DNA of 13,737 nucleotides from Ostreococcus tauri (Eukaryota). The stretch spans positions 43,340 through 57,076 of the forward strand of contig CAID01000014.2 in NCBI GenBank assembly GCA_000214015.2. Reading direction: 5' to 3'. The stretch's first letter is position 1, and each line of letters starts with the position of its first letter. Under the pieces are notes generated by a model. The model was not told the origin of the DNA and did no database searches. It was given only the letters and a program-made list of their open reading frames with translations. Of this stretch, positions 7,753-13,737 are shown in pieces. The position numbers were made by a program, and so were the translations under genes.

Positions 7753-7759
7753 TATAAAA
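7753..7759 (+). promoter_or_regulatory. TATA-like element (TATAAAA) upstream of the PAC1-like gene.
   Basis: tataaaa is read at 7753-7759 in the only AT-rich stretch of this gap, 44 nt before the ATG at 7803. An E2F-consensus-like TTTCCCGC lies at 7696-7703. Both are motif matches only. Confidence 0.3.
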
Positions 7760-7802
7760 TCAAAAAAATCAACACACACGCATCCATCAAAAGACATCGC
7801 AA

Positions 7803-8840
7803 ATGTTACGGGCGCACGTCGGGCGCGACCCATCGACGCCCCGCCGCGCGCCCCCGGCCCCACCGCCCGTCGCGCGCGCGCCCGTCCTCGACCGTCGCCC
7901 CCGTCGCGCGGGGTCTCACCGCACCGCGCCCGCCCGTCGCCCGCGCGTGATGTCCGCGTGGACGTCCCCGCTCGATCTCCACGACGACTCGGTGGACTTT
8001 GCGAGGAACCGCGTGGACGAGGACGCCGAGCGCGCGCGCGCGCGGACGTACGCCGCGAGCGCGCGCGCGCGTGCGCTCGGTGGGATCGTCGACGCCGATG
8101 ACGCGCCGGACGTGTGCGTCATCGCGGTCGGGAGCGACGCCGCGCGCGCGATCGCGCTGGGATGCGCGCGCGCGTGCGACGGAACGCCGCGCGGGGCGGT
8201 CGTGACGTCGGCGAGCGACGCTGAGGGACGGGCGACGCGCGCGAGCGCGCTGGGTGAACGGGCGCGGTTCGGGAGCGCGTGCGCGGCGAGCGTGACGACG
8301 ATTCACGTCGGGCGACGGGCGCGCGGGACGGGCGCGGTGGCGATCGCGGAGACGCGCGGAGACGTCTCCGGGACGTGCGCTCGGGCGTGGGCGAGGGAGA
8401 CGCTTCGTGCGTGCGGCGTCCGTGGTGGGTCGAAGACAAAGGTGCTCGCGTTGACGTCGTGTTCGGAGACCGAGACGAGCGAGGCGGAGATGACGGCGGG
8501 AGAGATCGATCGAGTCGTGGCGTACGGATTGGACACGGGAGCTCTGCGCGCGGAGTTGGAGGGGTCGGCGTGGCCGGCGCCGCCGCGCGCGTATCCGGTC
8601 GGTCGGCTTTTGGAATCGGTCGGGGCGTCGGCGCTGATGAGCGCGTGCGACGCGCTCGGCGTCGCCGCGCGCGTCGTCGCGATTCCAGAGAGTGAACCGG
8701 TTCGAGTGCTTTACTGCGGTGCCGACCTGAACGCCGTGAACGAAGCGGCGGCGCACGCGAGCGCGCTGCTCGGTCGAGTCGTGGAGCACGATTACAAACC
8801 CCGTCTCGCCCCGATGCGCGCGGAGAACGTGTACGCGTGA
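7803..8840 (+). CDS. Possible proteasome assembly chaperone 1 (PAC1/PSMG1/Pba1-like) protein with a C-terminal HbYX-like motif.
   Basis: The ATG-initiated ORF encodes 345 aa, with a TGA stop at 8838-8840. The C-terminus ...PMRAENVYA ends hydrophobic-Tyr-X, as does remembered human PSMG1 (...QSNIYT). Loose matches are DVCVIAVGSDAARAIAL versus KFIIAIGNNAVAFL, and KVLALTSCSETETSE versus ITILTCRHVTDYKTSE. The first 49 codons are P/R/A-rich, so the true start may be the in-frame ATG at 7950 (MSAWTSPLDLHDD). The antisense 327-aa ORF is Arg-rich junk. Confidence 0.5.
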   Translation: MLRAHVGRDPSTPRRAPPAPPPVARAPVLDRRPRRAGSHRTAPARRPRVMSAWTSPLDLHDDSVDFARNRVDEDAERARARTYAASARARALGGIVDADDAPDVCVIAVGSDAARAIALGCARACDGTPRGAVVTSASDAEGRATRASALGERARFGSACAASVTTIHVGRRARGTGAVAIAETRGDVSGTCARAWARETLRACGVRGGSKTKVLALTSCSETETSEAEMTAGEIDRVVAYGLDTGALRAELEGSAWPAPPRAYPVGRLLESVGASALMSACDALGVAARVVAIPESEPVRVLYCGADLNAVNEAAAHASALLGRVVEHDYKPRLAPMRAENVYA

Positions 8841-8860
8841 GATGTATTATGACATTTTAT

Positions 8861-8898
8861 TACCGACTGCTAGGTACCGACTGCTAGGTACTTGTAGG
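8861..8898. repeat. 14-bp tandem repeat (taccgactgctagg, about 2.7 copies) in a convergent 3' intergenic gap.
   Basis: Read directly: taccgactgctagg at 8861-8874 and 8875-8888, then a truncated copy tacttgtagg at 8889-8898. It lies between the stop codons at 8840 (+) and 8914 (-). Confidence 0.85.
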
Positions 8899-8913
8899 TT
8901 ATTTATTAGTCCA

Positions 8914-10632
8914 TCACGCCGAAGACGACGCGGGCATCGCGTACGTCCTGTCGGTGGGTAACGCCGGGGAGTTTGGGCAGTGCTTTTTGACGATCTTTAC
9001 GATGTCGATGAGAATGGCTTGACGCTTTTCTTTCCACTTCTTTTCGCCATAGTACGCGTCGCCGTGCATGAACATCTCGACCTGCACCATTAAATGGTCG
9101 ACCTCGATCTTTTTCAGCGCGACTTCCGGAGCCTTGTACGCCGAGTTCACGTCTGGGTGTTGCGAGAGGAAGGTTCGGAGCTCCTTCGTCAAGGCTTCGA
9201 TGCCTTCAAAGTCGGTTAGCGCGATTCGAAGCTGCGGCCCGAGCCACTCGTTTGGTTCGCGAGACGTGTTGATGACGTTCGCACCAAGAAAGTAGCCGTT
9301 CGGGATCGTCGTCACCTTTCCATCCTTCGGGATGAGCTTGGTCTGATACCAGCCGATTTCCGCCACCTTGTAATTACTGACATCCTTCTCCTTGGAATCG
9401 CGATATTTACCGCCGCCGCCGGTGAGATATATCTTCTCTCCCACCTTGAACGGACGCATGACGGCCAAGACGAGACCGCCGATGAGATTACTGATGAAAT
9501 CCTTGGCCGCCAAACCGAACGCCAGACCTCCGAGACCGCCGAACGAGAATAAAACTTTTGCCGGTATGCCGAACGCGGAGAGCGTGAGCATGAGCGTCGT
9601 CACGACGACGGCGGCTGACGTAAGACGCGTGATCACGAGCTGTAGACTCGCATCCTCTCTGATCGATGGTAAAAACCGCCCGAGCAATTTCGGTCCGTAC
9701 TGCTGAATCGCCATGACGACGATGATCCCGAGCGAGAACGTGTACGACCCCTTGTCGAATCCGAGCTTGATGTACTCCGGGATGTCCCACTCCGTGCTCA
9801 ACATGTCGATCATCGAGCATCCGACGTCGAAGACGTACGACACGACGAACAAAGCCTGAATCACTCGCATCGGCGCCTTGACCCAGCTGAGAAAGCTTTT
9901 CTCGAACTGCGCTTCTCGGTAATTTTGAACCAGCAACGTCTTCATTCGCTCCGACGCGCGAAACGCCTTCTCCCGTCCGCGTCTGATGAGCCAGTTCCAC
10001 GCGAACAGGACCCAGACATCCTCCACGTTCCAATCCTCTTGCGTCTTGAGCTCGATCGCGTGCAAGGCGTCGCCGACGGTGGACAAACTCTTCGCCATCG
10101 CGGTGGTCGCCCCCGCGCGCACGCGCGCGCGAAGCGCCCCCAATTCGTCAACCACCCCCATCGCCCCCGACCGCGCGCGCACCGCCGCGCTCGCGGTCGC
10201 CCGCGGCGCCGCTTCCGCGTGCGCCCTCGGGACCACCATCACCGTCCCTCGCACCGAGACCAGGGCGAGGACGCACGATAAGACGACGCGTCTCGCCCCG
10301 TCCGCCGCCCGCCGTCCCGCGCGCGCCGTCTCGCGCGTCTCCGTCCGTTCCATCTCCGTCTCCGTCCCCCGCGCACGCGCGCGCGTTCGATCGACGTCTC
10401 CACCGTCGACGCGATGCGTCCGTCGTCGCGCGCGGTCGCGCGTCCACCACCATTGCGCGCCGTCGACGCGGCCGTGGACGCGTTCGACGCCGTTCCCATT
10501 GACACATTCCACGCGATTGACACGTCCCACGCGCGGCGTCGCGCGCGTCCATCGCGCACACGCGGTCGAACGCCCCCTATGGCGCGTCGACCGCGACGCC
10601 GGCGCGCCCGAGGGCGCGCGCGCGCGTCGCAT
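8914..10632 (-). CDS. MscS-like mechanosensitive ion channel (MSL/MSC family) with a long Arg/Ala-rich N-terminal extension.
   Basis: The ORF encodes 572 aa, with ATG (cat) at 10630-10632 and TGA at 8914-8916. The canonical MscS pore helix and beta-domain junction is present: VLFSFGGLGGLAFGLAAKDFISNLIGGLVLAVMRPFKVGEKI. Upstream hydrophobic helices include MRVIQALFVVSYVFDVGCSMI, SYTFSLGIIVVMAIQQYG and LVITRLTSAAVVVTTLMLTLSAFGI. The start is uncertain. An internal ATG at 10353 (MERTETRE...) or later Met codons are alternatives. Confidence 0.85.
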   Translation of the reverse strand: MRRARAPSGAPASRSTRHRGRSTACARWTRATPRVGRVNRVECVNGNGVERVHGRVDGAQWWWTRDRARRRTHRVDGGDVDRTRARARGTETEMERTETRETARAGRRAADGARRVVLSCVLALVSVRGTVMVVPRAHAEAAPRATASAAVRARSGAMGVVDELGALRARVRAGATTAMAKSLSTVGDALHAIELKTQEDWNVEDVWVLFAWNWLIRRGREKAFRASERMKTLLVQNYREAQFEKSFLSWVKAPMRVIQALFVVSYVFDVGCSMIDMLSTEWDIPEYIKLGFDKGSYTFSLGIIVVMAIQQYGPKLLGRFLPSIREDASLQLVITRLTSAAVVVTTLMLTLSAFGIPAKVLFSFGGLGGLAFGLAAKDFISNLIGGLVLAVMRPFKVGEKIYLTGGGGKYRDSKEKDVSNYKVAEIGWYQTKLIPKDGKVTTIPNGYFLGANVINTSREPNEWLGPQLRIALTDFEGIEALTKELRTFLSQHPDVNSAYKAPEVALKKIEVDHLMVQVEMFMHGDAYYGEKKWKEKRQAILIDIVKIVKKHCPNSPALPTDRTYAMPASSSA

Positions 10633-10693
10633 GCGCGCGGTCGACGCGCGCTGACGTGGCGCACGCGCGCCGAGGGGGGGTCGGTCGCGTCAC

Positions 10694-10721
10694 CCCTAAA
10701 CCCTATACCCTATACCCTAGT
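10694..10721. repeat. Interstitial telomere-like heptamer array (CCCTAAA CCCTATA CCCTATA CCCTAGT), telo-box-like.
   Basis: Four tandem CCCTAWA-type heptamers are read directly at 10694-10721. They sit in the 306-bp divergent gap between the MscS-like ATG (10632) and the coiled-coil gene ATG (10939). A related AACCCTAG occurs at 13646-13653 upstream of the TPP gene. Confidence 0.8.
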
Positions 10722-10938
10722 TTTGTCACATTCATCCGTCGTCGTGCGAGGCCCATCGCGCGCGCGTCGGGCGGGAGACACGGCCGCGACGCCCGGACGC
10801 GGCGATTCGGACCCACCGCGGACGCGCGCACGGGTCGATCGCGTCGACGGCGTCGAGAACGGGCGAGAGCGGACGCGAACTGCGCGGTGACGGGTCGATC
10901 GCCCGTGTGTCAGCGGTGGACGCTTGGTGATCGACGGC

Positions 10939-12297
10939 ATGCCGGAACGCGAGCGCGTGGACGTGTCTTTGGTCGCCCTGGCGACGCGGGCGGTGACGAA
11001 CGATGCGCGGTCGCGGTACGAGGGGGCGAAGGCGACGTTGGGGTCGATGACGGGGGCGTGGGACGTGAAGGATGACGAGGGGGGGAAGAAGCGGGCGGCG
11101 CGCGGGACGCGGCGCGCGGACGAGACGTCTGCGTATATGCTCCCGAGAGAACGCAGGCACGCGCCGGTGAAGGCGACGAAGACGAACGATCGAGGGCCGA
11201 GCGCGCTGGAGACGCTGCGGGAGCGGTCGAGGACGCTGACGACGGACCTGGACGAGGCGTTGACGGCGGCGAGCGAGGCCACGGCGGATCGAAGGCGCTC
11301 GGCGGAGGATCTTCGCGCGAGTGGGTCGCGACGAGGCGCGAGTTTGGCGGAGAAATCGGCTCTGAAGGATGCGGAGGAAGCGTTGAGGCACGCGGAGGCG
11401 GCGGAGCGACGGGTGAAGAGTGAAGCGGAACGACGGGTGAAGCTCGCCGAGGACAAGGCGAGAAAAGAACAGAAGGATAAGGAGGCGAAAAAAAGAGCAT
11501 CGGCGGCGGCTGCGACGGTGAAAGAGACGAAGACGAAGCCCGCGGATAAGGCAAAGACGAGTTCGTCGAAAAAGTCCGCTTCGTCTCCGCAGCTGACCAA
11601 GCTGAAGAACAACCCGAACGCCGTCGTGGAGGTTTGCAAATTCGTCGTCCCAGCTCTGTTCGCTTGGATCATTCGGCAACCGCGAATCAATCAACTTAAG
11701 AAGCGCAACAAAGAACTGCAGAGTAAGTTTCAAAGCTCGACGCTTAATAAGAACGCGTCGAACATCGACGCGTCCAAGCTTCGTCAGCAAGTTGTCGAGC
11801 TTCGCGAAGAGCGCGACGCCGCGTTGCGCGAAGCCCAGGACAGCAGAGACGCGGCTGAGTCGGTGATGCAGCGTAGGAAGCAGCACAAGGAGGTTACGAT
11901 TAAAAAAATGGCCGCCGACCACTCCGCGCAACTGAAAAAGGTTCGCGAGGAAACGGCCAAGGAAATCAAGGAAGCCAAGGCGTTGGAGGTGGGCGCGCGG
12001 TGGCGCGAGAACGCGTGCAGACGCTTGAAGAATCAAGCCGAGGCGCGAGCGAGCGAGCTGGAAAAGAAAATCGAAGAGCTCGAGCGTAAGATAAACGCGC
12101 TGGAAAACGTGAAAAAAGCGGCTCAAAACGTCGGTCAAGGAGTTCAGAACGCGGCCAAGGGCGCCGTCGAGCTGTTCCGTCGAGGTTCGATGCGCATCAC
12201 GGGAGGCAACGCGGCTCCGGCGGGCGCGCAAGAATCGATGCCAATCGAGAACGACGCGCCGTCTTCGTCGAAGAACAACAAGAAAGGCAGGAAATGA
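10939..12297 (+). CDS. Hypothetical Lys/Glu/Ala-rich coiled-coil protein with one central hydrophobic segment.
   Basis: Track ORF 10924-12297 starts at TTG, and the first ATG is at 10939 (MPERERVDVSL...). It contains long heptad-like charged stretches, for example AEEALRHAEAAERRVKSEAERRVKLAEDKARKEQKDKEAKK and ELEKKIEELERKINALENVKKAAQ. A hydrophobic segment AVVEVCKFVVPALFAWII is encoded at 11620-11673. The TGA stop is at 12295-12297. I recognised no family. Confidence 0.65.
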   Translation: MPERERVDVSLVALATRAVTNDARSRYEGAKATLGSMTGAWDVKDDEGGKKRAARGTRRADETSAYMLPRERRHAPVKATKTNDRGPSALETLRERSRTLTTDLDEALTAASEATADRRRSAEDLRASGSRRGASLAEKSALKDAEEALRHAEAAERRVKSEAERRVKLAEDKARKEQKDKEAKKRASAAAATVKETKTKPADKAKTSSSKKSASSPQLTKLKNNPNAVVEVCKFVVPALFAWIIRQPRINQLKKRNKELQSKFQSSTLNKNASNIDASKLRQQVVELREERDAALREAQDSRDAAESVMQRRKQHKEVTIKKMAADHSAQLKKVREETAKEIKEAKALEVGARWRENACRRLKNQAEARASELEKKIEELERKINALENVKKAAQNVGQGVQNAAKGAVELFRRGSMRITGGNAAPAGAQESMPIENDAPSSSKNNKKGRK

Positions 12298-12307
12298 CGT
12301 CGATAGG

Positions 12308-12333
12308 TGTAAAGTATCGGTAGCTTATTGTAA
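12308..12333 (+). promoter_or_regulatory. Two TGTAA pentamers, the green-algal-type polyadenylation signal, just after the coiled-coil gene stop.
   Basis: tgtaa is read at 12308-12312 and 12329-12333, 11 and 32 nt after the stop at 12297. TGTAA is the established poly(A) signal in Chlamydomonas. Its use in this lineage is my assumption. Confidence 0.25.
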
Positions 12334-12366
12334 CAAGTGCAACTCAAGATGGATGGCCAAATGCAA

Positions 12367-13401
12367 TCAACGCGGTAGCGTCTTCACTTCACCCGCGTCG
12401 GCGAGCTTGCTCAACGTTGTGAGGAATTGAAGCACCTCCGGAGTGTTTCGGAGACTAAATTTCGCCGCGCTCACCTTGGGCGCGTGCGAGACGAGAACGC
12501 CCACGCCGAGGTGATCGCCCAACTTTTCGTTGATCTCCATGAACGCGTCCTCGTCCGTGACGTCGTCGCCGACGTAAACCGTGAACACCTCCTCCGATCC
12601 AAATCCTTTCTTCGCTAAATCTGGGATCAGCGCGTCACGAAGATAGGACAACGCTTTACCCTTGTCCCACGCCACGCGCGGTCGCACCTCCCACACCATT
12701 TTCCCGTCGTGCTTGATCAAACACTCATCCGAGGCGACGATTTCGTCCACAATCTTCTGGAATCTCGGTCGATCTGCGTCGCTCACGCCTCTGTAGTGCG
12801 CAGAGACGCAAAACATGTTGTGTTCGATGTTTGCACCCGGAATATCTCTCGTCTTTTCGATCAAATCGTTCGTGACGCGGTCCATGACGTCTCGCGCCCA
12901 CTGCGCCGGCTGATGCGCCAACGCGGTCGCCGTAATCGGCGTCCCGTCGCTCGTCCGCGTCGGTCCCGCGATGTCCAAACCGTGTGATCCGGCGTAATAC
13001 AGTTCTTCTAATTGTACGAACTGCGACACCTTGTGTCTCGACCGTCCACTGATGATCGCCGTCGGGAATCTTCGCGCGCACTGCCGCACCGCCTCCCGCA
13101 CCTCGTCGTCCATGAACGCCTTATCAGGCTCGTCCACGATCGGCGTCAGCGTCCCATCGTAGTCCAAAAACACCGTCAACAACTTCCCAACCGCCAGCTC
13201 CTTGAACTTCCCGTCACCCTCTCGCGCGAGCGCGTTCGGGTGAAATTCGTACCACTCCGCGTCGTCGTCCCAGTACTTTTCAATCGTCCCGATCGAGTCC
13301 GATCGCTTCATCCCCGCCTGCGCTTGCGGGAGTCCACCGAACGGCGGGCCTCGCGTTCGAATCTCCAGCGGTCCCGCGCGTCCCATGTCCTTGTACGACA
13401 T
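12367..13401 (-). CDS. TPP: Trehalose-6-phosphate phosphatase (HAD superfamily, plant TPP type).
   Basis: The ORF encodes 344 aa, with ATG (cat) at 13399-13401 and TGA at 12367-12369. The HAD/TPP motifs are present: FLDYDGTLTPIV (motif I, DxDGT), ISGR, YAGSHG, WEVRPRVAWDKGKAL and YVGDDVTDEDAF (motif IV). Confidence 0.92.
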   Translation of the reverse strand: MSYKDMGRAGPLEIRTRGPPFGGLPQAQAGMKRSDSIGTIEKYWDDDAEWYEFHPNALAREGDGKFKELAVGKLLTVFLDYDGTLTPIVDEPDKAFMDDEVREAVRQCARRFPTAIISGRSRHKVSQFVQLEELYYAGSHGLDIAGPTRTSDGTPITATALAHQPAQWARDVMDRVTNDLIEKTRDIPGANIEHNMFCVSAHYRGVSDADRPRFQKIVDEIVASDECLIKHDGKMVWEVRPRVAWDKGKALSYLRDALIPDLAKKGFGSEEVFTVYVGDDVTDEDAFMEINEKLGDHLGVGVLVSHAPKVSAAKFSLRNTPEVLQFLTTLSKLADAGEVKTLPR

Positions 13402-13585
13402 CGCCCCCGTCCGTCGCCCGACGCGTCGTCACCGTCGGTCGACGCCGACGCTTCGGATTATTCTCTCTCGAGGCGTCGACGCACCCGTCACGGCGCGCGT
13501 CGTCGCCCGTCGCGCGCGTCGACGTCGCGCCTCGACGTCACGCCCGTCGACGACCTCGCGCGTCGTCGTGCGCGGCGTCGAGGCG

Positions 13586-13635
13586 TCGATGCGATGCGAT
13601 TCGATGCGATGCGATGCGATTCGATGCGATTCGAT
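13586..13635. repeat. Pentanucleotide microsatellite (KCGAT)10 in the TPP upstream region.
   Basis: Ten contiguous pentamers are read directly: tcgat gcgat gcgat tcgat gcgat gcgat gcgat tcgat gcgat tcgat. They lie about 185-235 nt upstream of the TPP ATG. Confidence 0.9.
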
Positions 13636-13737
13636 GGGTTCGCGCAACCCTAGATACTCGTGCGAAACCCGACCTCGCGCGCGCGCGCGTCGATCGCGCG
13701 CGCGCTTCGACCGGCACGCCCTCGCGCGCGCGCGCGG

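Noticed and set aside
7806-8789. A 327-aa minus-strand ORF antisense to the PAC1-like CDS.
   Set aside because: The product is extremely Arg-rich (RRR/RAR strings) with no hydrophobic core, which is typical of an open antisense frame in ~75-80% GC DNA. The plus-strand product has a balanced composition, a recognisable C-terminal motif and the NCG codon bias of neighbouring genes. Strand-specific RNA-seq should still confirm this.
10732-12231. A 499-aa minus-strand ORF, plus the 326-aa ORF at 10710-11690 and the 214-aa ORF at 10910-11554, all antisense to the coiled-coil gene.
   Set aside because: The translations are Arg/Leu/Pro/Ser-rich low-complexity strings. The sense strand is dominated by GAG/GAA/AAG/GCG codons, whose complements (CTC/TTC/CTT/CGC) contain no stops, so long antisense ORFs are expected by composition alone.
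1-13737. Prokaryotic interpretation: an operon, defence island, CRISPR array or mobile element.
   Set aside because: The content and organisation are eukaryotic. There is a plant-type LSMT with a transit peptide, Sfi1/STIL-type cytoskeletal proteins, a eukaryotic-type tRNA-Val with a Pol III T-run and no encoded CCA, and genes on alternating strands with individual promoters. The only tandem repeats are 5-14 bp units with no spacers. I saw no terminal inverted repeats, LTRs, or transposase or integrase ORFs.
13676-13737. Alternating (CG)n tracts and ubiquitous CGCGCG, considered as a special Z-DNA or CpG-island signal.
   Set aside because: CGCG runs occur throughout the window in coding and non-coding DNA, driven by NCG/CGC codon preference and overall GC content. 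They are a background property and not a locus-specific feature.

Overview
This window looks like gene-dense, apparently intron-free nuclear DNA from a very GC- and CpG-rich green picoalga. The compaction, the plant-type LSMT and TPP genes, the NCG/CGA-rich codon usage and a CCCTAAA-type telomere-like motif point to Mamiellophyceae, possibly Micromonas. That taxon call is inference only. I support eight genes on alternating strands: (1) a 5'-complete, 3'-truncated minus-strand ORF (1-1830) that is missing from the ORF track because it has no stop in the window, and whose product looks STIL-like (centriole duplication factor); (2) a Rubisco-LSMT-type SET-domain methyltransferase; (3) a large Sfi1-like centrin-binding protein with a strictly 33-residue-phased repeat array; (4) tRNA-Val(UAC) with a Pol III T-run terminator; (5) a possible proteasome assembly chaperone PAC1-like protein ending in an HbYX-like motif; (6) an MscS-like mechanosensitive channel; (7) an orphan coiled-coil protein; (8) trehalose-6-phosphate phosphatase. 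The ORF track uses bacterial alternative starts (GTG/TTG), so I re-anchored the eukaryotic CDS starts on ATG. I see no CRISPR array, transposon or prokaryotic defence or operon system, and most long antisense ORFs are GC-composition artefacts. The points most worth a second look are the STIL-like gene in a green alga lying about 2 kb from an Sfi1-like gene, divergent start codons only 27 bp apart, a telomere-like heptamer array in a bidirectional promoter, and a strong 5'-to-3' GC decline inside genes. All homology calls come from motif recognition by eye and from memory, and need HMM or BLAST confirmation.
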